From positions 102,402-166,401 of the forward strand of contig CAWBKS010000003.1 of the NCBI GenBank assembly GCA_963789445.1: 64,000 bases of DNA, read 5' to 3'. This DNA is from an uncultured Actinomycetes bacterium. GTDB taxonomy: Bacteria; Actinomycetota; JAICYB01. Numbering within the stretch: position 1 is the first letter of the stretch; every line of letters begins with the position of its first letter. A program made the translations under genes and the position numbers. The notes under the pieces are model-generated. The model saw nothing but the letters and a program-made list of their open reading frames with translations. It made no database searches and was not told the DNA's origin. Shown one piece after another: positions 49,801 to 57,783 of this stretch.

Positions 49801-50115
49801 TGTCGGCTCGCCATGGACGGTGAGGAGGACTGGCGTGGGCGTGGCGGCTTCGTCGACTGGGCTGAGGCTGTCGTCGCCGCCGGCGCCGGACGATTCGAAG
49901 ACGCCGACAACCTTTTCGCATCCAGCGTTGCCTCACTCACCAGATACGAAGCCGTTATCGAGCTCGCCGAGAGCCTTCTATGGTGGGGCATCGTTTTGAA
50001 AAGGACCGGAGAAAACTCTCGAGCGCTCGATAACTTCGGCGCTGCCGTCGACGTCTATAAAAGAGCCGAGGCCGGTCGCGCTTTCATCGACCGCGTCGAA
50101 GCTGCAGCTTCGTAA
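46858..50115 (+). CDS. Multidomain signalling protein: class III adenylate/guanylate cyclase domain + STAND/AAA ATPase + TPR-like C-terminal repeats
   Basis: From ATG 46858: IVTLLFTDLVGSTEL...VKSVGDGLMVVF (cyclase homology domain), GEPGMGKTRLAREIAR (P-loop), and a long helical repeat region. There is no C-terminal LuxR HTH. The 99-codon N-terminal extension of the ORF overlaps the upstream hydrolase and is discarded. Confidence 0.8.
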   Translation: MSQARIVTLLFTDLVGSTELYDRLGDESAEGLRRAHFRLLREALTERGGHEVKSVGDGLMVVFPSAVDAVSCAIAIQEAVARHNRRPQTLGLDVRIGLHAGEPILHEEDYFGSVVNAAKRLCDYASGGQILATDLVRGLAAGHTGLEFRSLGPVDLRGFNEPFVVSEVAWNEPTGTDFALPAVFESASRTPFVGRLAALDELRETWKRASSGERRGVLISGEPGMGKTRLAREIARIAHDEGAIVLYGRSDHEGVIPYQSFVEALRVYVSSCPTDDLRDQVGENGPDLARLVPELRDRLPGISDRQLGDPEAERYRLFRSVGKLLTEAARIAPVLLVMDDLHWADQPTLALLKHVLRDSDPAAILVCGTYRDVEIGRTHPLAEVLSNLRRDRLIERVALDGLSDEEVVSFLEVSAEHSLDEDGVAFARELRVGTNGNPLFIEEILIHLVDTGVLYRSGDRWTADTRIEIPDGLREAVERRLARLSEACNATLVQASVIGPRFELSVLEHMTGTSEDELVPLLEEALEAQLLVEDNDTRGPGFTFVHAIVRQVLYESEIGVRRRRLHEQAAEALEAVHVSDPPLPALAVHYQEANNPEKAIEYTMRAAQAAADVFAYEDAASHLENAIALLDAGEGDKATRARVRSLLGDLMFITGLDYGKGLVWLEESLRLYEELGDAERAAQARSRLGRALSTFDTWMDIDRALELFRAAESVLVRKPESPALGHTYVGLASAALYALRTDEGLVASARGMEIAQRIGREGLMATATALHGWLTWSSGRLAEGERLIDLAWETAERLDHPTLGFVSTWMQAFVAETILDPRAGEAACDRELSRLRTNASPTQRDILTLHRDMLKAWRGDVSGLATPAMAVGADVEVTIDVREQFLAYHLGDWKRAEELCRYALEHRRTASNWLEIAATSHTLAWTLRAQGKLDEIEAVLAPCLPHTSGKFVGGELMERPELAVVCAETGRIEEAQTLIAGCRLAMDGEEDWRGRGGFVDWAEAVVAAGAGRFEDADNLFASSVASLTRYEAVIELAESLLWWGIVLKRTGENSRALDNFGAAVDVYKRAEAGRAFIDRVEAAAS

Positions 50116-50120
50116 CCCCA

Positions 50121-50795
50121 GTGGTCGCCACACCCCCGCCCACCGAAGTACTAACGCTCGTCTTCTTGAGCTGGGCCGCGGGCACGATCGTGCTCGGTGC
50201 TCTTACTCGTTTTTGGCGGGAGGTACAGTCCGGCCACTTCAAGGTCGTATGGCTGGTGAGCACCGGGCTTTCTGCCGCAGCCGGATTTGGCTACCGCCCT
50301 GCTTGGGGCCTGACCGCACTTTGCCTTGCAGCGTTCGCGGCCATCTACCAAAAGGCGGATCTGATCGCCGGTTGCATCGCCGCCGTAGCCGCACTGTTCG
50401 CCTTGTCCACCGGGTCGGATCTGATTCCCGAAGCCTTCGCATCGGCCGCACTGCTCGGCGCGGTAACCAATGCCATGCTCCTCGGCCATTGGCACCTCAA
50501 CCAGCCGCGGCTGGGAACCAAGCCCATCGCCCGGCTCGTCTGGATGCTGTGGGCGAGCATCGTCCTATTCGTCGGAGCGACCGTCTGGTTGCTCGGCGAC
50601 GCTACCGGCGTTCAACTACTCGGAGCGTGGACGGCGATCGCCTTCGCCGCTTTTACCGGTGTGCTGAACGCGATGATCCAACATTTGGTGAGAACGCGTT
50701 CGATCATGTCGGCAACCGGCATACTGTATCTGGCGATACTGCTGTGCTTCGTTGCCGTGTTTACCGGATCACTGTCTGCGCTGGCTCGGGGGTGA
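50121..50795 (+). CDS. Hypothetical polytopic membrane protein (6-7 TM)
   Basis: Starts 6 nt after the cyclase-STAND gene stop. Strongly hydrophobic. No family recognised. Confidence 0.5.
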   Translation: MVATPPPTEVLTLVFLSWAAGTIVLGALTRFWREVQSGHFKVVWLVSTGLSAAAGFGYRPAWGLTALCLAAFAAIYQKADLIAGCIAAVAALFALSTGSDLIPEAFASAALLGAVTNAMLLGHWHLNQPRLGTKPIARLVWMLWASIVLFVGATVWLLGDATGVQLLGAWTAIAFAAFTGVLNAMIQHLVRTRSIMSATGILYLAILLCFVAVFTGSLSALARG

Positions 50796-51552
50796 ACGTA
50801 GGCTCGGCGAACGTTGCCGCCTTCGCCTCGGCCAGCAGCTCGCCCATGGCTGCCGCGTAGCACGTGGCTTCGGGTGACTGCCGGAAGAACGCGTAGACGT
50901 CGCGCCCCTCGCCCACCACGTCGGCGAGCATGTCTCCCCACACGACGAGATCGGCATAGGTATACGACTCGCGTCGGAAGCGCGTATAGACGAATGGGAA
51001 CTCCCATCGGTCGGCCAGGGCGCCGCCGGGTAGCAGTTCGCTCGGAGCCATCAGCTCCGTCGCCTCCACGATCACCGGACAAGAGTCCCGAGACGCGAGT
51101 AGCTCAAGCACGTCGGCACAGATCCAGGATGGGTGCCTGAACTCCCACGCCGTTCGGATGCCCGGAGGTATCGACTCGAGCACCGCACGCAGCCGATCGA
51201 CATCACAAGCAAAGGTCGGCGGAGTGGTGAACAGGATCACTCCGAGCCGCGGACCCAGCGAAGCGAGCGAACGCACGAACTGCTCCGTCTGAAGCGGCAG
51301 GCCCAGACGCTCGACGTGCGTGATCTCGCGTGGCGCGCGGATGGCGAAGCGGAAGTCATCGGCCGTCGCTTCACGCCAGCTGACAACCGTTTCCAGTGAG
51401 GGCCGGCGATAGAAGACCGAGTCCAGCTCGACGGCATCGAAAAGCGTTCCGTAGCCGGCCAGAAGATCCGGAGCCGACGCTGTGGCAGCCGGTACTGCGT
51501 CGCGCATAACCGGCGACGCGAAACCCGAGGTGCCCACGTAGAAATCCCCCAC
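50761..51552 (-). CDS. DUF72 domain protein
   Basis: 263 aa, MGDFYVGTSGF... TIM-barrel DUF72-like pattern. Confidence 0.7.
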   Translation of the reverse strand: MGDFYVGTSGFASPVMRDAVPAATASAPDLLAGYGTLFDAVELDSVFYRRPSLETVVSWREATADDFRFAIRAPREITHVERLGLPLQTEQFVRSLASLGPRLGVILFTTPPTFACDVDRLRAVLESIPPGIRTAWEFRHPSWICADVLELLASRDSCPVIVEATELMAPSELLPGGALADRWEFPFVYTRFRRESYTYADLVVWGDMLADVVGEGRDVYAFFRQSPEATCYAAAMGELLAEAKAATFAEPTFTPEPAQTVIR

Positions 51553-51699
51553 GATCGGCCATGCTTCCCACTACCGCTCGCACCGGTCAATCTCGGTGGC
51601 TCTGACCTGCTACGTGACTTCGTGCGCAAGCGGGGTGGGTCTACAGTCCTTGCGGCACAGGGGTTCCAGAACAGGGGTCCCGTCGGGCGCGCCGCAAGC

Positions 51700-52689
51700 T
51701 CAGCGGGTGCCGCGAGAAGAGTCGTTCTCGCGGGACGGCCAGTCCTTCACGGCGTCTCGCAAACGATCCACATTGCTGGTGCTTCGTCCGGGCCGAGAGC
51801 GAAGACGTTCGCGAGGTCGTGGGGCCGGAGATACCGGCTCATCTGGGACATCTAACGAATCTTCGTCGGCGCGTTTGCGCATCGATTCCCGATAGACCCG
51901 GCGCCGCGGCGGTTCCACTTCGTCGTGATGATCCCCTTCGAGCTCGTCGATCAGGTCTTGAAGATCGTCCTCGGGCAGTTCCAGCTCGTCATCTTCGCCT
52001 TCGTCCTCTTCGTCGTCTTCGTCCTCCTCGTCTTCCAGTTCGAGGGGGCGGGGCCTGAGCTCGTCCGCGCCGAGCTCGACGATCTCGACGTCGTCCAGCT
52101 CGAGCCAGGGCACCCGGGAGGCTGTGTCCTGCCTTCCTTCGAGGTCGTCGTCGCCTCGCGGACCTTCTCCTTCAGAGGCGAGATCGGCCATGGCCTTGTT
52201 AAGGCGACTCCTCTGCCAGCGCCGGACGCTGACCAAGGCAAGCAATGCGGCAACCATCGCCAACGCGATCCCCCAGGCGACGAACAACATCGTCGGCGTG
52301 TCCGGATCGGCACTCGATCGCGCCGGTCCGGCCTCGATGGTCAGATCACACGTTGCGGAGCGCGGGCCATCGACAACGACCAACGATCCGTTCCCGGGTT
52401 CGGCCGTCTCCGGGATCGCAGATGCCGGCGTCGAGAACGCACCGAGATCGCTGGTCTGCACGCGCGAGAGCTCCGCGGCGCGTATGCCTTGCCGGAAGGT
52501 AGCGACCACCGTGGTTCGCATCCCGAACCCTGTGCCCCGTATGACGACGGACTCCCCGGCGCGGAAACCAGACTTCTCCTCGTTACGGGTATCGAAGGTC
52601 GAGCACGCCGGGTCGGCATGAACGGCCGGCACCTGGAGGGCGAGTGTCACCAGGACCGGCGCGACGAGGAACAAGGCTCTCTTGAGCAT
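51700..52689 (-). CDS. Hypothetical single-pass membrane protein with signal peptide, extracytoplasmic domain and highly acidic (D/E-rich) cytoplasmic tail
   Basis: Start taken at MLKRALFLVAPVLVTLALQVPAVHA (signal peptide). TM segment FVAWGIALAMVAALLALV. Tail DEEDEDDEEDEGEDDELELPEDD. Confidence 0.45.
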   Translation of the reverse strand: MLKRALFLVAPVLVTLALQVPAVHADPACSTFDTRNEEKSGFRAGESVVIRGTGFGMRTTVVATFRQGIRAAELSRVQTSDLGAFSTPASAIPETAEPGNGSLVVVDGPRSATCDLTIEAGPARSSADPDTPTMLFVAWGIALAMVAALLALVSVRRWQRSRLNKAMADLASEGEGPRGDDDLEGRQDTASRVPWLELDDVEIVELGADELRPRPLELEDEEDEDDEEDEGEDDELELPEDDLQDLIDELEGDHHDEVEPPRRRVYRESMRKRADEDSLDVPDEPVSPAPRPRERLRSRPGRSTSNVDRLRDAVKDWPSRENDSSRGTR

Positions 52690-52871
52690 CTCTAGATTGA
52701 TCGGCTGCCGGGTTGGTCGGCTGGAGCGGCCCGAGGTCTTCATGGATTACCGTCCATCGTCACCTCGAGATCTGGGTCGACGGCGCGATAGGTAAAGCAT
52801 CGCCAGCCCCGCCAGAACGAGCACGGCTCCGATCAGAGCCATGAGCGCTAGATCCAGATCTCCCGTCGGGA

Positions 52872-54593
52872 TCAATTCGCCCCCAGTGAAGGCGGCCCGT
52901 CGGCCAAAACGTCCTCATCGGTCCGCTCGAGGTGGGCGGGCGGGTTCCAAACCGGCATACGGAGAAAAACGAAGAGCGCAACCAGTCCCGACACGCCAAC
53001 CAGGCAGACCAGCGCAACGCCGACCACGACGCTGGCCCGGGCAACCAGTACGGCGAAAGCCCCAAGGATGAGTTGCCCGACCCATAGGAAAGCAGCAGCA
53101 ACACGTGCGGACATACCCCGGGCGACCAGCCTGTGCGCGGCGTGATCGGTCCCACCCAACGAGGGACTCCGTCCTTCGCGCAGACGAGAGACGGTCACGA
53201 GGACCACGTCGAAGATCGGGATTCCTAGCGCCATCACGGGGACGGCCATCGACAACGGCGGTGTGGGATGGGGCCGGAGTTGCAACGCAAGTGCGGCCAG
53301 GGCGAAGCCGAGCCCGAGAGCGCCCATGTCGCCCATGAACAACCGGGCCGGGTGGACGTTGTGCACGAGATAGCCGATGCAGGCGCCCGCCAAAGCGCTC
53401 GCCGCCGCCGTAACGACGAACTGTCCACCGAGTGCAGCGGCAACGGCGATCGTTATCGAAGCCGCAGCGCCAACTCCGGCGGTAACGCCATCCATGTTGT
53501 CGAGCAGGTTTAACGAAAGAGTCACGCCGACGAACCACAGAAGTGTCAGCCCGGCATTGATCAAGTCGCCGACCGGCTCCCCGCCGGTAACGGCCACGAT
53601 CCTCAGACCCAGCAACCAGGCCGCCGCGCCGGCAGCGGACGCCCACACCAATCGAGCGGGTGCTCCGAGTCCGGCGACGTCGTCGACCAATCCCACCAAA
53701 GAGATGCCAATCACACCGGCTCCGGCCACGGCTCCTAGAACACCTATGCGCAGGTTGCCGCCGGCGATCATGCCTCCGCCCAACCCGAGGACGATCGCGA
53801 GACCTCCGAGCATCGATGTCGGTCGTGAGTGCGTACGCCATAGACGTGGCACCGAAACAAAACCCATCCGTGGTGCGACCAAGCGACAGAGTGCGCCAAC
53901 GAGGAGTGCTACGACCGCGCCACCCGCGAAGGCGCGAGCCGGAACCCCGGCGGTCACACGCTCTGGTAGTTGCTCGGGCCCGGGACCGAGTGAAGCAAGA
54001 GCGACGACGTACTTCATCCCCTCCGCCAAGGTGTCGTACGCTCTCGACCTCCACCAACGGCGCGCGTCGAACCTCGACTTGTCGCTCCAAACGAGTACAT
54101 CCCGCGAGAGTGATCGTTCATAGACGAGCCTGGTTCTTGCTTGCTGTCTGGTGGCGGTAAGTACGGCCACACGCGAGATGTCGTCTCTGTCGCGCAGTGC
54201 CTCCGCCGACCGCACCGCATCACGGACGAGATCATTCGATCCGGCGATCGTGCGTAGCCGGTCCGAGTCGACGCCGGCATCGGCCGCGAAAGAGCGAACG
54301 GCACGGGGTTCGTTCAGGACGGGACCGGCGCGCTGTGTCAACACCCAGACTTCGTCGGCCTGGCCCCGAGCCAGGTAGTCGAGGGCGAGAGGGACACGTC
54401 TTTCAGGGTCGCCTTCGGACACGACGAGGAGATCGACTTTCTTGACCGGGTCCGGGGCAGCCAGCCAGTTGCCGAGCTGACGGCCGAGAACTCCGAGCAC
54501 GATCAGAACTGCACCCACGGCGATCAGTGGGATGGCGCGCTTCAGCCGATGTCGCTCGTCGGTTTGCATCGATCGTCCATCATCGCCCGTCAT
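52872..54593 (-). CDS. Fusion protein: N-terminal DUF218 (YdcF/SanA-like) domain + C-terminal MraY/WecA-family polyprenyl-phosphate N-acetylhexosamine-1-phosphate transferase
   Basis: Start chosen at MTGDDGRS (54593). N-terminal half VDLLVVSEGDP...VLTATRQQARTRLVYER is DUF218-like. C-terminal half has NLLDNMDGVTAGV and VHNVHPARLFMGDMGALGLG WecA/MraY motifs across ~10 TM helices. Confidence 0.65.
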   Translation of the reverse strand: MTGDDGRSMQTDERHRLKRAIPLIAVGAVLIVLGVLGRQLGNWLAAPDPVKKVDLLVVSEGDPERRVPLALDYLARGQADEVWVLTQRAGPVLNEPRAVRSFAADAGVDSDRLRTIAGSNDLVRDAVRSAEALRDRDDISRVAVLTATRQQARTRLVYERSLSRDVLVWSDKSRFDARRWWRSRAYDTLAEGMKYVVALASLGPGPEQLPERVTAGVPARAFAGGAVVALLVGALCRLVAPRMGFVSVPRLWRTHSRPTSMLGGLAIVLGLGGGMIAGGNLRIGVLGAVAGAGVIGISLVGLVDDVAGLGAPARLVWASAAGAAAWLLGLRIVAVTGGEPVGDLINAGLTLLWFVGVTLSLNLLDNMDGVTAGVGAAASITIAVAAALGGQFVVTAAASALAGACIGYLVHNVHPARLFMGDMGALGLGFALAALALQLRPHPTPPLSMAVPVMALGIPIFDVVLVTVSRLREGRSPSLGGTDHAAHRLVARGMSARVAAAFLWVGQLILGAFAVLVARASVVVGVALVCLVGVSGLVALFVFLRMPVWNPPAHLERTDEDVLADGPPSLGAN

Positions 54594-54684
54594 CGAACCG
54601 ATGTTGCTGCAGTAGGCGAGACCGCCGCAGCCCACTGCGGCCCTCTCGCTTGCTGGTCGCTTCGCTCGCAGTAGGCTACGTGTC

Positions 54685-56007
54685 GTGGCGGACTCCCCTT
54701 GGTTCGAAAATTCCCTTGCGTCCGTTCGCGCTGGCACGGCCCGCACGACCGTGGTCGGCTGCGGGTACGTCGGGCTCACGCTGGCCGTCGAGCACGCACG
54801 CGCGGGCTCTCCCGTTGTCGGGATCGAGACCAATGAGCTGAGGGCAAAAGAGCTCCGCGCCGGCACGAATCCCGTCCCTGACGTCTTCGTAGACGACGAG
54901 GAGCTCGTTCGCCTGCGCGATGACGGCAAGCTGACATTCGAAACCTCTTTGCGTTCACCTTCGGCCGTCTACGTCATCTGCGTGAACACTCCGCTACGGG
55001 ACGGATCTCCCGACCTTCGCTATATCGAGGCGGCCGGCGAGTCGGTGGCGACGGTGCTCACATCCGGATCTCTCGTCGTGCTCGAATCGACCACGTACCC
55101 GGGGACGACAGAAGACCTCCTTCGTCCGATACTCGAGGCCGGGTCGGGCCTCGAGGCCGGCGCCGATTTCGCACTCGCGCATTCACCGGAACGCATAAAC
55201 CCCGGCGACCGCGCATGGAGCCATCGCAACACTCCCAAGGTCGTCGGCGGCTTGACCGCCGATTGCACAGAGATCGCGGCAGCCTTCTACGCGAGGATCT
55301 GCGACACCGTTGTGCCGGTCACGTCGCCTCGCACGGCTGAGATCACGAAGCTGCTCGAGAACAGCTATCGCGTGGTGAACATCGCTTTGGCCAACGAGAT
55401 GTCGATCGTCTGCAACGACTTCAAGATCGATCCGTGGGAGGTCGTCGCAGCTGCATCAACCAAGCCCTATGGGTTCACGCCATTCTTTCCCGGTCCCGGT
55501 GTTGGCGGGGAATGCGTTCCGGTCGATCCTCAATACCTCGCCTGGCGTGTACGATCGCAAGCCGGCCGGCAATTCCGCTTGCTCGAAACGGCCAGCGACA
55601 TAAACGACCGGATGCCTGCCCACGTCGCGCAGCGCGCGGCCGAGATCCTCAACGACCGCAGCAAAGCGCTCCGCGGCGCGCGCGTCTTGCTTCTTGGAGC
55701 GTCCTTCAAGGGAGGCTCGGCCGATGCTCGCGAGTCCCCCGCGCTGCGCGTTGCCGACCGCCTTGCCCGGGCGGGAGCCGATCTCACCTACCACGACCCC
55801 TACGTTCCGAACGCTTTGATCAACGGCGTCGTCAACGACTCTCAGCCGCTGATCGACGACCTGATCACCGGGAGCGATCTCGTCATCATCCTCACGGACC
55901 ACCCGGACGTGGACTACGCGAACGTCCTCGCCAAAGCCGATTGCGTTTTCGACACGCGCGGCGTCACTTCGAACCTGTCCGGCCGTGCTGCGATCTACCG
56001 CGCCTGA
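54685..56007 (+). CDS. UDP-sugar (UDP-glucose/GDP-mannose family) 6-dehydrogenase
   Basis: N-terminal Rossmann fold VVGCGYVGL, catalytic Cys region GFTPFFPGPGVGGECVP, and a C-terminal UDP-binding domain. Confidence 0.85.
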   Translation: MADSPWFENSLASVRAGTARTTVVGCGYVGLTLAVEHARAGSPVVGIETNELRAKELRAGTNPVPDVFVDDEELVRLRDDGKLTFETSLRSPSAVYVICVNTPLRDGSPDLRYIEAAGESVATVLTSGSLVVLESTTYPGTTEDLLRPILEAGSGLEAGADFALAHSPERINPGDRAWSHRNTPKVVGGLTADCTEIAAAFYARICDTVVPVTSPRTAEITKLLENSYRVVNIALANEMSIVCNDFKIDPWEVVAAASTKPYGFTPFFPGPGVGGECVPVDPQYLAWRVRSQAGRQFRLLETASDINDRMPAHVAQRAAEILNDRSKALRGARVLLLGASFKGGSADARESPALRVADRLARAGADLTYHDPYVPNALINGVVNDSQPLIDDLITGSDLVIILTDHPDVDYANVLAKADCVFDTRGVTSNLSGRAAIYRA

Positions 56008-57221
56008 AACGCCTCCTCGTACAGACCACGCAGAGAGGCAAGCATCTGATCTCGGGTGAAGTTCTCCGCTACGCGGTGCTGCGCAGCGCGGCCCATGGCC
56101 GCGCTGCGCGATGGATCGACCAAGAGCTCCCGCAACGCAGCAGCTAAAGCTGCTGCGTTGCCCGCCGGAACCACCAGACCCGTTCGTCCGTGCTCGTTGA
56201 CCCACGACGTTCCTGTACCGAGCTCGGTCGAGACCACCGGGGTGCCGGTGGCCATGGCTTCTACCAAAGCGATGCCGTATGACTCCCCCCGATTGGTGGC
56301 CGGGAGCGCAAAGACGTCGGCTGCGTGGTAGTACGCGCTGCGCTCGGCGTCCGGGATCTGGCCGACGAACACGACGCGATCCTCAACGCCGTTGGATCGC
56401 GCCGCGGACCGGGCCGCGGGAGCCGATGGGCCATCGCCGACGACAAGCAAGGTCCCGTCGACCTCACGCATGGCTTCGACCAGGACGTGAAGACCCTTGT
56501 AGTGACGAAGACGACCAAGGAAGACAATGAGCGGGCCTGTGAAGCGTTGTCGGATGTCGTCGGCGCCCGGGGGCCGGACCGACCAATGGTCGAGATCGAC
56601 ACCGTAAGGCACGACCACCGCGCGGTCCCGTCCACCCCCGTCCAGCTCCCGCGCCGTTTCGAGCAGCCTGGGCGATCCGACCACGACGCGGTGGACACGG
56701 GACCACACCCGGCGCAACATCGCCCGGTACGCCGGCAACAACACGCGCGCGCGAGTGATCTCGCCGTGGAAGGAGGCGACGATCGGCACCTTCGTCCGAG
56801 AACGCAGGGCCGCGACCTCGCCCCACGGATTCGGCATGTGCAGATGGATCACGTCGGGGTCGGCGCGCCCGATCCACGTCCGCCATGAGGGAACGATCGG
56901 CGCTGTAGAGATCTTGAGGAGTGTGCCCGCTCCGATCACGCGCACTCCATCGTCGTCGGTGATCGCCAAGCGGGACGAACCCGACGTCGTGAGCACGTCG
57001 AAGTCGATCCCGGGCACGCCGTGGACGATCTCGTTGATGTGCTGCTCGATCCCGCCGTGCGTCGGCGGGTAATAGCTCTTGAAGAGATGGAGGACTCTGA
57101 TCGCAGGACCCTTCCTCGCCTCGGCAGATAGCGCCTCGGCGATGGCCCTCGCATCGGAGCCAAACGCCTCAGCGGTGTGGCGCCGCCACGATAGCCACAT
57201 GTGCTGCCCGGCCGCGGGCAC
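55995..57221 (-). CDS. Glycosyltransferase family 4
   Basis: GT-B fold with C-terminal motif PATNRGESYGIALVEAMATGTPVV. The start is at 57221 or 57200. Confidence 0.8.
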   Translation of the reverse strand: MPAAGQHMWLSWRRHTAEAFGSDARAIAEALSAEARKGPAIRVLHLFKSYYPPTHGGIEQHINEIVHGVPGIDFDVLTTSGSSRLAITDDDGVRVIGAGTLLKISTAPIVPSWRTWIGRADPDVIHLHMPNPWGEVAALRSRTKVPIVASFHGEITRARVLLPAYRAMLRRVWSRVHRVVVGSPRLLETARELDGGGRDRAVVVPYGVDLDHWSVRPPGADDIRQRFTGPLIVFLGRLRHYKGLHVLVEAMREVDGTLLVVGDGPSAPAARSAARSNGVEDRVVFVGQIPDAERSAYYHAADVFALPATNRGESYGIALVEAMATGTPVVSTELGTGTSWVNEHGRTGLVVPAGNAAALAAALRELLVDPSRSAAMGRAAQHRVAENFTRDQMLASLRGLYEEAFQAR

Positions 57222-57262
57222 TATTTGCCGGATGCGGGACCCCGACGTACGCTCGTTGGCGT

Positions 57263-57739
57263 ATGACCCATCTTCGGCGCTGGGGCGCCGTCCTTTTGCT
57301 CGTGCTGGGCTTCATATCCGTCGGATCGGGGGCTCAAGCAACGCATTGCCACGGCGACCCGCATCCGCCGGCCGTGCCCGACGACTACCCGTGCTTCACC
57401 GCTGCCCCCAAGACGCCGAAGCCCACGCCGGCCCCGACGCCAGCCCCCTCCGCGGCACCCACTGCGGCACCCGCACCGGTGCGAACGCGACGACCCGTTT
57501 CGCAGCAACCCTCTTCGACGGCAAGCACCGTCGAGGTTCCGGCCGCTGAGACCACGGACCTGGCATCGCCGGAGATCGTCGTCGAGCCGATAGAGGACGA
57601 GCAGGCCCTGGAAAGCGAGCCGGCCGCCAGCGCCTCGAGCTGGATCTTCGGCTTCATCGTCGGACTCGTGGTCGGCGGGATCATCGGTCGCGCTTCGTGG
57701 GGCATCCGCCGACGGCGGCGCCAGCAGATCTTCGGCTGA
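57263..57739 (+). CDS. Hypothetical secreted Pro/Thr/Ala-rich protein with C-terminal TM anchor and basic tail
   Basis: Signal peptide MTHLRRWGAVLLLVLGFISVGSGAQA, a PT-rich low-complexity linker (TPKPTPAPTPAPSAAPTAAPAP), a C-terminal TM helix, then RRRRRQQIFG. Confidence 0.5.
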   Translation: MTHLRRWGAVLLLVLGFISVGSGAQATHCHGDPHPPAVPDDYPCFTAAPKTPKPTPAPTPAPSAAPTAAPAPVRTRRPVSQQPSSTASTVEVPAAETTDLASPEIVVEPIEDEQALESEPAASASSWIFGFIVGLVVGGIIGRASWGIRRRRRQQIFG

Positions 57740-57783
57740 TCTTCACCTAAAGGGTCGCCGGCGCAGGCAGGCTGCGACCGGAG

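Noticed and set aside
52915-54123. Overlapping long ORFs (391 aa on the minus strand, 248 aa on the plus strand) inside the DUF218-WecA gene
   Set aside because: These are alternative-frame or antisense ORFs with an Arg- or Ala/Pro/Thr-rich low-complexity translation. The WecA/MraY motifs are found only in the 52872-54929 frame.
57385-57705. 106-aa minus-strand ORF antisense to the PT-rich secreted protein gene
   Set aside because: Antisense to a gene with a clear signal peptide and anchor. The low-complexity Ala/Gly-rich translation mirrors the sense-strand Pro/Thr repeats.
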